From the NCBI GenBank assembly GCA_030704615.1, contig CM060732.1:49538001-49602000 (forward strand): a stretch of DNA of 64,000 nt. The letters are read 5' to 3'. The notes beneath the pieces are model-generated. The model did no database searches. It was given only the letters and a program-made list of their open reading frames with translations, and was not told the DNA's origin. The stretch is from Takakia lepidozioides. Lineage: Eukaryota; Plantae; Bryophyta. A program made the translations under genes and the position numbers. Shown one piece after another: positions 49,470 to 63,239 of the stretch (positions within the stretch are counted from its first letter, which is position 1; each line of letters opens with the position of its first letter).

Positions 49470-50763
49470 ATGGCAGGAACTCCAGCATTCACTATCTCCA
49501 TTGACTTGGACAATCACGTCAGAACGGTCAGTAGCAACTCTGCACGAAATTTGCATATCAACGCGCCGCTATCAGTTACGATACGAAACAACGCACAACA
49601 TCCATAGGGCAGGAACGCTAACACAACCAGAGTCTTCATACACCCAGATGGCATAGGCGCAGCGCTTGCAATTCCAACAGCACATCACAACAACCAAGAA
49701 CAAGACTCACTTCACAGCGGATCTGAAGACAATAATACAAGCGAGGAATACCCCAGCAGACTACTCAACCGAGGAAGAAAGAGTTTTTAACGCATTCTGT
49801 GCACGACACGCACCATCATCAGATACTGGTCCCCAATCTTTTGATACAATTCCTAACTACCCACCAGGACTATATCCTTTCCAAGACCAAGTGCTAGAAG
49901 ACGAGGAGAGCATACTTCATCATATTGTGGACTCAGGGCAACTAACGATAGTAAATCAAGCACAATGGATTGGAATCTCTGAGTCCTCAGCAGAAGACAG
50001 CGTCTGGCTAGATAGGTTTGAAGTACTGGCCGACTTGGTAACTGACAGACTGTTCAACAAACTAACCTCCAAGGCCAGATCTCAGACACTTGAATGGGGA
50101 CGGTACCCACCTACATCAGCCCTCAGCAGAGTCACAACAATTGTTGACCAACGTTTCAACTACAAATTACCCCCCACAGAAATCAAGAGAAAGTTGCTAA
50201 GAGGAGAGCCCCTGCTCTGGCGGGAGCTTGGACTATCCAAAGACATCTGCTTCGAAGACCATGATGGAGCCACTACGCACGCTGGCCACCACCACAGAAT
50301 TAACAAGCTATGGTTGGACGAATTCATCCATGGAGAAGGAGCCACCCTGCTACGGTTCATGCGGTTTGGACATGGAGGATTGCTCGACATCGGATACCAT
50401 CAAATGCTCTCCGGTATCCCTGCAGCACAAGCCCAAGCAACAAAAGGTGACTTGGTCATCTACCCAGCGATTAAGTTTGAAGAAGAACGAGTATATAGGT
50501 ACAGAGCCAACACTTGGCTTGATGGTCTTCCTACTGGCGCTGTCATGGTCCGTGAATGGGGATCAGACCCGACACATGTGGACTACTGGATTATGGGCAC
50601 CACACACTGGCACATGGTCGTGGCAGCCACTTACACTACGGACTCACATGATCTTCTACAAGCCACACATCTGCAGGAATGGAAATCCCCAAATAACCAG
50701 ACTGACCAGCACATATGGTCCTTATCCGCCGAGCTGCGAAGGCAAAGGCATGGTTCTACTTGA
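49470..50763 (+). pseudogene. Unknown ORF1-like protein (~430 aa if one stop and one frameshift are repaired; 365-codon open segment 49666-50763)
   Basis: ATG 49470 (MAGTPAFTISIDLD..), TAG near 49605, frameshift near 49755 into the long ORF. Globular, Trp/His-rich composition; no recognised domain. Confidence 0.55.
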
Positions 50764-53700
50764 TCTTACCACAAACTCCTGGAGCGTGCGGACTCAACCA
50801 GCACAGGACTGCTGGGACCCAGGTGGCTATAGTAGAAGGGACACAAGCTCCACACAAACTGCAAACTTTTGGCTCTTACAGACTCTACCAGCACCGGACT
50901 GCTGGGACCCTGGAGGCTATAATAGAGAAGTCCCATTCTCCACATAGGCCAACCGTACCTGCGCCCAGCAGAACCCACAACAATACCCGATTACAATGCA
51001 CGTTCAGATATTGCAGAGTACAGGCCTCGCCTACCCTCAACGATATATCGCCAGGGATACCCCTCGCAGCTGGAGCCCAGAGAGAGCAAGGGGAGATTGA
51101 GATCTGACCCCGCCCGAAGGATCTTGTGGCTAGCTGTGTCATACTCACCAAACCCAATATTACGCCTCACTGACAAGCAACCCCTGGTAAGTTACGCAAT
51201 CAGTAACCTCTTTCACATTCCTACCGCTTATTGTATGCTTACGCAACACTCGCCCACTTACTCTGCTAAGTTGCTCTCTTCCCTCTCTAGCAACTCGCTT
51301 CAAAGTTATTGTATCTTATGTTGCCTTCTTGTACTAACCCCAATCGATATCAACACCCATTACAATAGTACATATTACTCCCCCTTGCAGAACCGAAAAA
51401 AATTCCCCTCAATCTCATGAAAGCACCCACCAAGGCTGCCACTTCAGATCTATAGTGCAATGCCTCTTGTTTGCCTTTGTCTTGAATCTGCACTATGTTA
51501 CCATTGATGACATACTAACCCCAATCGATATCAGCACTCATCACAATAGCACATATTACTCCCCCTTGTAGGAAAAAAACAATTCTCCTCAATCTCATGA
51601 AAGCATCCACCAAGGCTACCACTTCAGATCCATAGCTACCAGTCACCAGCTATCTACACCTGGACTACCATCCAGCACACAGAGGCAACCCGTAAAATGG
51701 AAGTTTAGAGTATGCAGCATTATCCATGTTAACGATCTTACTCTTGGTAAGCACCAAAATAAGGAACCAACTCTTCGCTATCAGTTACAAGCACTATGTC
51801 ACCCCCTATATTATAGAGACATTGATGCCAGTAGCAATCTTACATCCTTGCAATCTGCAATCTTGCAAGCAAGCAATACCTCTTCAGAATCACACCTATG
51901 CACACAGTTCATTATTTATCAGAAAAAAACCACTTACCGTGGCCCACAGCCCAACTGCCTTGACATAATAAGGCCTCATTCACAAACCCCCCCCCCAAGA
52001 AGCAAAAATACTTCTAGACAACACAAACCTCTCTATTTAAAGAATGCAGGAGCCTCCACACAAAAAGTCGTTACAGAATCATTCTAAATTTGTATCTCAG
52101 TGCCTGCAGCCCTATACCCGCATCCATGTTGTCCTCACCCCAGCAACTCATCACACTAATGGATTAATTATTGTACTAGTTACTGCTCCATAAGCCAATC
52201 TATGCACCCGGGCTCACTATCATTGACTACACTACCTTACTGCTTATCACCCATCTACAAAAACCAAAAAGTGGCCACCAACGCCATACCTAGGTTGAAA
52301 ACACGACCACTACACCATGTTCTATCCCTAACTCCTATACCCACACTACAACTCGGAAATCAAAACTGTGAGCTGCAAATTGATCACACAATATACCAAC
52401 TACCTATCCCCTCACTGAAGTATGCTAACAAGCAATTTGGAAGGACTATCTCTCCGGCCAATTACAACCACTGTCTCACATTCAGACGACACTCCCTCAC
52501 TGGGTGGCTCCACAACAACCAGCCTGCTGATCACCTGCTGAATTTTACTTGTCTACTACTGCAGCATCATGATGTCATAACACCAATTGCTCCAAGGTCT
52601 TCCTATCACTATACATGCTGGCTACTTCAATGCCAAAGCTTTCTCCCCATAAAACAGACTAGATACATTCACGGACCTAAAATTTTTTTTAAGGAAGAAC
52701 TAACTATAACAACTACCCCCAGCACACAGCCCCAGCACTGGTTCCCTCGATGCTTGACCACCTCCCTACCCTACACACACCACCTTAACCCCCAAATGCT
52801 ACACAAACAAAAAATTACTATGAACACATGCCAACTATACACAACCCCACCTATATAAGTGGCAGCCACTTTATGCAGACGCAGCACTGAAGGACCTGCG
52901 GCCAAATGCCACATTCAGCAATATGTTTAAAACCCAAAACACGCAAGCAAGAAACATTGTAACCCTTCTAAGCACCACACACACCACCCAACCTATACAC
53001 AGGCGGTTATATAACCGCATACCAATTACAACAAGACACACCTTAGCCCTCATTAAATGGCCCCTGCAAATTGCGCGATTAAGGCAAATTGAGCACCAAT
53101 TACAACCGTCATCCAGCACACAGTGGGTACCGTCCTGGAATGTGGCAAATTCTCACTGCTATCCAGAAGTGCGAAACAACGTAGGTCCATCTGTTGCAAT
53201 TAGGCTGAAGCATAAAATTCTCATGGAACACCAAGAAAATAGCCCACATGAGCCAGCACTAAATCCCCACACAACCCACAGTCTAGACATTGCAGGCTCC
53301 TCAACAAGGCAAAGCTCCTCAACAAAGCTATCTCCACAAAATACCTCAGCTGATCCAACATCAACTTTCACGCAACTTCCCTGCTCCACCGCAACAGGTA
53401 CAACCAGTACTGATACAAACTGCATCCACATCAAGGCCCCAACAAAAACCACCTCATATACCTATGCTACAAAAACAAACGCATACCCATATGCCTGGCA
53501 ACTACTGTATGCAGATATAGCATTGGAATATTACCTATGTTCTGATACCACATTCAACAATATACCTATAAAATCCATCACAACCCATGCCATGAAACTA
53601 AGGCAACAATACCCATTGGTGATCTGTTTGATTGGACAATTAAGGGAAGTTATCCCGAAGCACATGGCGCAACTATCAGCCTAGCACATAACATCATTAC

Positions 53701-55844
53701 CATTCCTCACCTCCAATGTAAACTGCCAATATATACTACCCCACATCTAGTCCCTCCCCAATAACACATCACATTACTGGCCCATGTCATGATAGCAACC
53801 GCTCCACAAAACCCTCCCCACACACCCCTGTCAGTTCTCTCGATCGGCAAAATTGCAAAATATGCTCCGCAAGCAGTCTGATAGGGCCACAATCTGGGCA
53901 TTTGAGCCAGCACCTCACACACTCCAAAACATCCAAACCTACAATCCAACTAAACTGTCGCCAAGCATCCCCAACCCCCCCCCCCGCCCCCCCCCCCCCC
54001 CCTTCTCTAACCCACTTAGCTTCACAATACAAAAACATGCACACACTACTACCTCCTCATTACAGGATCAACTTACACCTACTTTCAAACGGAGACATCA
54101 AGTGTTACCAAGCAACCTCTTTAAACATCATCACATCCACATAGTCATGCTAGTTTCGATATCAATACCCAGCCCACTCCCCTAAGCTCCCACTATATAT
54201 ACACACACAACAATGACTGCATATAATAGACCAAGGTTAGAACACCAACATGACCTTGACCTCGAACAAATCCTTGAATGGCAGCACCAGAGAACACTAA
54301 AGACAGGTAACCAAAGCCCAATCGCACAAAACCGTGTGTTTAATACCCATCATGGTCCACTTATCTACCCTCACAGTCATCACATCACTATATATAAATC
54401 CATAATGCAACAAAACTATGCAGCCCTGCTTAAACACACACACACGCCCATTTCTATACAGACCCAACCAGACACACATCCATATCAGGAAAGGGCTAGC
54501 ATTAATCATATACCTCAACAATACTGCACATTAACCCTCAATATTTGCAAACCAAAGTATTATGATCTGCCCCCCCCAACCAGACTCCCTGATAATGCAA
54601 TCCCACCTGAACACTGCATCTGTACACACACAAGCAACTAATATTGTTACCCTTCTAACAACCATACACCTCATGCAACCTATACAGCATGTCACATGAC
54701 CCCTTCCAGAAACCCAAAATGACCGACAACCCCATGCCAAGACAAACAAAGCACACCTCGACCCTCATTAAGCACCCCCTGCTAATTTTACGCTTGAGGC
54801 AGATTGAAAATCATTTACAAACTCCTAAGTACATTATGACTCCAAAAACACAATTGCATAATATGCTGCCTCAAGATGATAACCTTAGCCCCCATTATCG
54901 CTATCAAAATACACCCATATGCATACTTTCACCACAGCATGTCATTAAAAAACCCACACTACAACTGCCAATATATGGTCTCGCGCTAATACTAAATATT
55001 GTCAATACAACTCAGATTGCTCCCCCCGTGACACCTTTCTCTCATCAACATTGCATACCCCTCACTTATAAGTCACCAACAGAAATAGAAATTAACACAA
55101 ACAGCAATGAGGCAACATCCTGGCCACAACCCTTATTACCTCCACATACCACCAACATCCACAACACAAGCGGTTAACCTCCATATTGCCAGCTGAACTG
55201 CAATCCATGCTGCTTGACAGCCAAAAGCGCCTATCATATTGCTTATTGTGGCATAAACGCGCACATACATGGATGCAAACGTTGCATGGCGCTTAGCCGC
55301 TACAGTTAAAGGAAACCAACAAAGCACTAATTGACAGACTTGGAATCATTTAGATGATATTGTACCCTAACCCAAAATATCGCCTCTAACAATCACCCGC
55401 CGCATACATTAGCCTTCCCTTCTACCCAACAACAATGCTCCACCTCCCCATAATGCTGGCTGGCTAAGTTATATGTAACTTGGTAGCTTTTCCGGCTCAA
55501 ATGTCCACCCACAATCAATGCATTGCCACTATCCAAAATGTCCCATTCGGCTGATAATTCAACCCCATCAATACTACGCTTATCCTCACTTTGAGTGCTC
55601 CTCGATAACCACCCTGCGAAGTAACACAGCCGCCAGGCACTTCACCCAACATGCAGACATAAACAGCCCTTATACTCTAATCCTCGCAGCAAGGTGAGAG
55701 CAAGCTCTGTCCTCAACACTTCAACATGCACCCATAGTCACTTACACCAAGCAACACTTCATGCTCATCCCCCCGCTCTCCCCCTTGCACCTTACCAACT
55801 ATTTCTGCTATTCCCACCACACACAACCTTATCGCTCACCATGA

Positions 55845-56260
55845 ACACATAAATGTGAGAAGGGTGGTCAACGTGCTAGTAAATAGCTTATAAAGGGTGT
55901 TAGCAAGAGCTAAAGGTCTGTAGTTGCCTAATTGGGTAGGGTCATTTTCTTTGTAAATTAGTATTGTACGACTGTTTTGCCAGCCTTTGGGAATGCTATG
56001 GAGCTGATAGCACATACAAAAGAAGCCATGGATTAATCGATGGAAGTGTGGGTCCAATGCCTTAAGTATTTCATTAGGTATGTTGTCTGGGCCTGGCGTT
56101 TTGGAGTTGGAGAGAGATTTGAGGCATGAATGGTAGACCTCTAGGGTGAGGTAAGTGCTTAGGTCGATTTGTAAGGGTCCCTTCGCTCGAGTTTAAATCC
56201 GTCTATATCATGCCAAGGATAATGTCTGGCTTGGCATGCACAATGTTGTATGTGATTACT
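55845..56260 (-). pseudogene. Inverted non-LTR RT fragment (subdomains 0-2)
   Basis: CACQARHYPWHDIDGF, KTPGPDNIPNEILK, IPKGWQNSRTILIYK, NYRPLALANTLYKLF on the minus strand. Local strand skew flips. Confidence 0.9.
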
Positions 56261-58544
56261 CATGCTGTAAAGATCTCGCCCAGACCCGGAATAGACACCA
56301 TTCTTTGGGTCCATTTTGGGTTCTGTTTGTTTTACTTGTATTACTCCTACTTTCAATGCAATTTCACGTGATCCAGACAGGATTTTCTAAATGTAGATAC
56401 ACAGAATTTCTTCTGTGTGACTCTTATAACCAGACCCCTGTTTCTATGCAAGTTATGTCAAAGCTAATGTCCCCATACCAGACTAGGCTATCTCTGTCTC
56501 GAAGCACTAACATTTGCGAGACATATGCCACGATTCACAAACTCAAACCTGATCCACAGATCACGCAACACCCCCTGGTTCCCATGCTGCCTTACATTTC
56601 ACCAGCCTACCATTACAAGTCACTGTTATTGAGCACTGTACCAATTTATTTATTCCTCCATACCAAATACATGAGTGACAACCACTCTAACTCTATCCAG
56701 CTGCACTACTGCAGCCAGCCCTACTAACCTCCTCTGCTTTGCCACCAAATATGCTACATACAAACCAAGTCAACCCCCTCTGCCCTCACTTCATGCGCTC
56801 CACAACAAACTCTTGCTGACGTCTTATCTTCGTACATATACTAAACACCATAATTGGAAATATGCTCCACACTACTGTGTACAGTTAACCTCAAGTAATT
56901 TAAATACTACCCAACATAGAGTCACCTCCTGCCATCATCTTATATGCCCACTGAGTTGTCCATATAAACAGCATATAAGACCCCAGTTGCTATGCCTATG
57001 CTCCAGCATATATTGTCCAGCCCAACCCTGCTGTGAAAATACCACACCCAACAACACAAATCCCATCCAAAAAAACGAGCTTCCCAAATATACATGCCCT
57101 CCCCATTAAGTGGTTTCACACAAGCATGTCTGATACGCATTATCTATCTATCCCAGTCACACATAGCATTTCACTATGTGCAGTCAAATAACTATTGCTG
57201 CATAGTTCATCAAAACCCCGCCTCCTCCACCAGCCTTATATCTGAGGGACTACATAACTCTATTTTACCTAGTTTTCTACCTTATCCCTGAATATTAAAA
57301 CTAAAGGCCCCCAAACATTGCGCCCCTCAATAGCAGCCACTTCTTCATACAACCGCCGTCACATTCACCCTTCAACCAAACGCCCCACTCCAAGTCATCC
57401 ACAACTGCACATATTTCAGCAATCTGCCTGCCATCTGTTCATCCTAAATCTTTTAAAAATCCGACCATTACTATCTCCTCAGCACAGTCTTAATACTACA
57501 AGTGCTCTTAACTACCACTTACAAATGCACTGTAGCACCCAATACAATATACTTACTAGCTCTAGTAACTCTGTTCCACCCCACAACTTACCAAAGTGGT
57601 CTAACCCCACACTAAATCCTACACTCCACACTTTGATTCTCAATTTGCAGACCAGTTGTCACCAAAAAACACCTAACTACAATATACTCACAAAAAAGGA
57701 AGTGCAAACTATACAGCTCCAAGACAGTAGCATCCATTCCCCTTACCATTTTCAAACTCCATCTGTGTACACCCTGTCACCAAAATCTGTCACACAACAG
57801 AAGCTTGCACCAAATCTGGCTCTGCAACGTCACTCAATATTATCCGTACATTGAATGCCAAATACAAAATAACACTGTTCATACCTCTCGGGCCCCCAAG
57901 CAGACTACAAATACTGTCAAGCAGTTATTACCACATGCAGGTAGCTTTGTGTCTATAACTGAGGCAACACCTCCTCCCAAGCAACTGCCCTGCTACGACA
58001 CACATCAGTTCTGTAGGCCACAGATTCCATATATCCAAGGGTACCTCACATTACAACACAACCAATGTGAACTAACCCCTCCTGCAACACTTAAAATAAG
58101 CACCCACCCTCTGAGGAAAAACCAAGAAGGCAGCTTGGTCTTGGCCATGCTGATGCTAACCATCACACACTGCCCCCCTCATGTCCATTCCAAAATATAT
58201 CCATATACACACTGCCGCCACAGTTTGACATTCAACAAGAGCTCATACCAAATAAAATAGGGCCTCAACTCACCACTGAATATTGCTCATGCGCTGCAAA
58301 CTGCCCCCCCCAAATACACAGCTCCAAGTTAATTCCACTATACTATGCCCGACACCAAAGTTTCAAACAAGATCCCCCCTATATATTCACCCTGACTAGC
58401 ACCTCCGACTACACAGGGCTAGCAAAATCTAGCCACATTACAGCTAACATTAGCCCGCAGGATCTTGGCAAGCTAGAACACAAGCAGCTATGCTCACCAA
58501 AACTCTGCCCCCGAGATAACATCGCTACCATCCCTCACAGACCC

Positions 58545-61046
58545 ATGCTGGCTGTAAGTAACATTCCACCCTTGCTGAACACAGGGAGCTCTTTGACTAC
58601 ACTCCCTTATTGCTTATTATCCACTTACAAAAATCAAAAAGTGGCCACCAGCGCCATGCCCAGGCTGCAACTCAAACATGCCCCCACGAACAGTCTTAAC
58701 ATGCAGCAAAAATGTATCTCCGTCACACCCTATTATATCATCACAACGCTACTGACCCATCTGACTGGGCAATCACGGAACATTACCCCAAAACATCTGG
58801 TGCACTCGTTAACCTGCATGCTAAATACAAACTTTTCGACCCTCCACCTCCAGTGCACTTGCCAGTACTACCACACAACTATACTGCCCCCATTCACTGG
58901 GCGGTCTCAAACAGCCAGCACTGGCCCTCATTATCTTGTCATGTGTCACACCATCAGCCCACACCCTAGTCAAGGTCGCTTCTGCTTCACAAATCAAACA
59001 ACACCCCAAAACCACCAAGCCTACAACCAAACTACACTGTCAATGCACATGACTGCCTTAAATCCCCACACACTACACACACCTAGTGTAGTATATATAT
59101 ATTGCCAAACACAAATATTATATACCACACTTTCCTACATTACAACTAGCATTACCCCACAGAAAAATAACAAACCCAAACATGGACATTTCTGCTCACC
59201 AAAACTCGGTCCACAAATTACCTTAGCTGCTACTCCTCCAAATTCATGTATGCAAATGGTAAATGCCAAGCAACCCTTGTTTAATACATATGGCCTGCTG
59301 TGCCTGAACATTGTAACATCCCTACTACCTTGGCCCACCATAGAAGATACAATACTTGCTGGAAGAAAAAACTACATTTACACAAAACCCCCCACATTAA
59401 TCAGATCATATGACTATGCTACACATCTCCTAGGGTTCAGACATATATACCTGCTGGCGATCTCTCATAGCATCCCCGACCTCTCTAGTTGGCCACATGG
59501 ACAACATTACTCGGCTACTGGAGCCTCTTTGTCTGATAATGCATCACGCTGTACTAACCCCGCTTGCCCCCCCATTCCCCTATCCATACAAAAAATGGAC
59601 ACTCCAATTCCAAAATTCCACTACAAAACAAATTGGATACAATCACATGCCCTTCAAAAATCATATGTACGGCTTGCTACATCCACTGACCATAATATAA
59701 AACCCCAATGCTGGATACCTTGTTACTGGCCCACCTCTGCTATTCTGGACTTGTCGTCGTACCCCCACAATGCTCTGCAAAATCGCAATAACTACAAATC
59801 CATGAACAACTATATGCCACCCATAGCCGCCAAAACACGACATTTGCCACTCAACTCCCTTCAACGTAAAAGCCATATAAAAACACATCGCCTCTGTGAA
59901 TTGGGCATCCCGCGCGCTACAGGTTCCATTCCATGCTCTCTCAAATTCAAACACACCACACATACTCAGGAAAAGGCCCTAAATATACATCGAACACTGA
60001 ACCAACATCCTATATGGAAATGCTTAGCTGGCTTTCTAGTACCAAGGCCACAAATATTCCCAGAAATAACTACTTTCATAACTAACCAACACCAGCCCCT
60101 CATAACCATATGCCATCTACAGGAACACCTCCCCCCTCACTCCACAAACCCTAAAGAAGTCTTCCGCATTTTAATCTTTTATCAAACTTGTAGGCCCAAA
60201 TGCAAGCTGCTGCAGTACCCTTCACCTCGCAAAAAGCTTAACTGCTGGCTACAGGAACAAAAACTTGATGTGTCCTTAACGCAACCCAGACCAGCTGATA
60301 TTTGGCCTACAACGGTTAACGAACATACCCTCATAAAATCACAATCTCTACAAAAATGGGCCCCTTCTAGAATAAGACCACCAAATATCGTTTGGCCGTC
60401 AAAATTAACGCAAACCATTGCTCGCCCAACACTATTAATAACTACGTCTTCCACCAACTACACCATACTGAGTGGATTGACCCCAATGTATCACAAATGC
60501 CAAAAAATATCCATTCACCTAGAGCCACACACCCATCAATACAACATCGAAACCCTTCTACAACGCTTTGCCCTCCACACGTATACGAACATCCACCTTC
60601 ACAATCTAAAAACACTAGCTCCTCACCCCAGTATTCCTCCACAACCTCTCTTGCTATCTGAGCCAATCCCACATCTCTCCCACTCCTCATTGCCATGCCA
60701 ATCATTTAACTACACCATCGGTGCAACATCCTACGATAATTTCCATCATAGACGTGGCATTTGGGGAAGACCGAGGAAAACATACAATCACCATCAAAGA
60801 AAAACACCCCACAAACATATTTATTTTTTATTCAACAAGCCACAACAAATCCCACAAATACCCTCAGGCAGACTGTATTATGCCCCAAAAATCTCCAAAC
60901 AAGCTAGACGCAAATTGCAAAAATGGACACACATCCACAAACACGCGCACCTTCGCGATGTGGGGACATCCACCAGAACCCGGGCCCCCGAAACAACCGC
61001 CGTCATACCCAACAGAACACACATAATCCAATACAAACTGTTGTAA
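58545..61046 (+). CDS. 833-codon T/H/P/Q/L-rich ORF of unknown function, probable N-terminal extension of the retroelement polyprotein
   Basis: Far too long to be chance in a strand where TAA is common. It ends at the 2A-like motif, which lies one frameshift away. Confidence 0.55.
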   Translation: MLAVSNIPPLLNTGSSLTTLPYCLLSTYKNQKVATSAMPRLQLKHAPTNSLNMQQKCISVTPYYIITTLLTHLTGQSRNITPKHLVHSLTCMLNTNFSTLHLQCTCQYYHTTILPPFTGRSQTASTGPHYLVMCHTISPHPSQGRFCFTNQTTPQNHQAYNQTTLSMHMTALNPHTLHTPSVVYIYCQTQILYTTLSYITTSITPQKNNKPKHGHFCSPKLGPQITLAATPPNSCMQMVNAKQPLFNTYGLLCLNIVTSLLPWPTIEDTILAGRKNYIYTKPPTLIRSYDYATHLLGFRHIYLLAISHSIPDLSSWPHGQHYSATGASLSDNASRCTNPACPPIPLSIQKMDTPIPKFHYKTNWIQSHALQKSYVRLATSTDHNIKPQCWIPCYWPTSAILDLSSYPHNALQNRNNYKSMNNYMPPIAAKTRHLPLNSLQRKSHIKTHRLCELGIPRATGSIPCSLKFKHTTHTQEKALNIHRTLNQHPIWKCLAGFLVPRPQIFPEITTFITNQHQPLITICHLQEHLPPHSTNPKEVFRILIFYQTCRPKCKLLQYPSPRKKLNCWLQEQKLDVSLTQPRPADIWPTTVNEHTLIKSQSLQKWAPSRIRPPNIVWPSKLTQTIARPTLLITTSSTNYTILSGLTPMYHKCQKISIHLEPHTHQYNIETLLQRFALHTYTNIHLHNLKTLAPHPSIPPQPLLLSEPIPHLSHSSLPCQSFNYTIGATSYDNFHHRRGIWGRPRKTYNHHQRKTPHKHIYFLFNKPQQIPQIPSGRLYYAPKISKQARRKLQKWTHIHKHAHLRDVGTSTRTRAPETTAVIPNRTHIIQYKLL
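60959..60988 (+). other. 2A-like (StopGo) peptide motif CGDIHQNPGP
   Basis: Matches D(V/I)ExNPGP except E->H, at the position upstream of APE known for non-LTR elements. Confidence 0.65.
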
Positions 61047-61759
61047 ATCATCTCCCTAAGGCGGCAAAAGCTAGGTACACTTTATACTTTTATCCCGACA
61101 CAATCTCTCTAAAATTGGAGTACACTCATCTACACAACCTCTTCAGTCCATATCTACCCAAAGCCACTTATGTTTTGGATCCGGACGCCCCAGAAGCGCT
61201 GCCATATGGTATAACCACCTCTGAGTACCCAATCCTTGCCCATAATAGCTACAAACTGCGATCCCACTCTATAGATCATGTACTATTTGTATACATTATT
61301 TGTATATCTCCAAAGCCTAAATCTTGTAATATCATGTTATCCGAAAGCTTGGAGACCCGAATAATAACCACGCAAACAAAACTCCAAGGGTTATCAAATA
61401 ACTCCTCCCAGTACACAGCCCAACCGCACCCCCTCAATCTGTTCAAGATTCCCTCCACCTTCTTCAAGCCCCACCGAGCCATATACACCAGCTACTTACG
61501 ACATATATCAAATCTCTACCTCCAACAATCCACCCTACTATTCAGGATATTTCTGCAGCATTTCCTTTTATCTCGCATGACATTTTATCTGCCACGCTAA
61601 ATACCCTTACATATCTACCCAGTTACCAAACGACCAAACACACGCCACAATGTGACAACACACCACAGTGTGACAATGCAGTGCCCACTGTACACCAACC
61701 TACACCACCGCCACTCACTTATACCCTAGACAACCCACAAGACAACCTTATAGACCAAC

Positions 61760-62530
61760 CCTTAATATGCCTTACGTGGAATGTGGGATCCATTGCCTCC
61801 AGCTTGCCAACCCTTTCACTTATTTTTCAAAACTCAAACCCTCCCCATATTATTCTACTACAAAAAACCAAACTCAATTCGCACTCGCCCAACACATATA
61901 TCAACAGAATACTGCTTGACCACCACATCATCTATGGGAGCCCCCCATCGCCAGGAAAATATAATAGACGACGCTCACTACCATATTAGCCAACTCGTGG
62001 AGGCCTAGCCATTGGTATACACAAATCCATGCACTCACAAGAAACAACTACAAATGCCCGCATCCCCACGCACCTTAAAACTCACCTCCAAATTGTTGAG
62101 ATTCACATCAGCCCTTATCCAAAACTACTTATCATTCATTTATATATGCCCTCACACCCGGACGATATAGCCCTTACCCCCGATATTCTACAACAAATTG
62201 TGAGCTTTGTTAACAACCCACTCCACTCCTTATCCACAATCTTCCTCGCAGGTGACTTCAACAGAGACCTATCTATGCTGGGCAGATTACATGACGGTGT
62301 ACACTTCCCTCCCTCTCCAAAAGACATAGAATGGACAACTTTTACCCAAACGCATGGATTCCAATACATCACTACAAACCAAACTTTCTCTAGGCAAGGA
62401 GGACTAAACTATACCGCATAGCCTCATTGATGGGTACTACCTCAAAATGCCTAGAAATAATCCCACACAGCTGTACAGTACAATCCTGTATGATCCCATA
62501 TATAACTCTGACCATTACCCAGTTATTCTC
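61760..62530 (+). pseudogene. AP-like endonuclease domain, disrupted
   Basis: LTWNV, ILLQKTK (LQET variant), HLYMP, LAGDFN, IDGY, SDH, with stops and frameshifts. Confidence 0.9.
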
Positions 62531-63239
62531 CGCATCCCCCGCATATAGTACCTATAGGTCCAGTCCTAAATGGCCCCTCGCTAGACACAAGGCCACGTAT
62601 TCCCACTCCTATTCCCCCCTCCTCTATTCTGGCATTCCAAGCCAAGTTTCGATCCATTTCCGGTACAGTTATATCTGATTTTGAAACAATACTAGATCGA
62701 TATTCAGCAAACCCCACCCTTCAAATTTGGGAAGACGCAAGCTCCAAGCTAGAACAAATATTCACTCAAATTACAGAATCCACGCTACATACATGCACAA
62801 AGTTCCCTGCTCCAGTACAAACTGAACGATAAAAAATAAACGGAGGATATTTGACAAGAACACAACAGAGAAAATAGCAAGCACAATTAAATATCCACCA
62901 CAAAATCCGCAAAGCTATTACAATCCTCTCATCTGACCCACGAGACCCCCAATGGAGAAATACCCCATCTATTATAGACCTAAACACAATAGTAGCTTGC
63001 AGCATAGATTTCCCGATACCCCGGAATGATGCAGACAACATACATGGCTCATATCTCTCTCCCGAATTGGTCGAGATGCAAAGAACAATGCTTATAATAT
63101 CACCAAACAACAATCCAAAGACAACCAGAAGAAATTTGTTCAATCATACTGTAAGATGCTACAAGACAAACCTCGCCTCATACATAAATCAATCTTCAAC
63201 CCTTCCCCCTCTTTTTCTTTAGATGCGATACGAGACATC

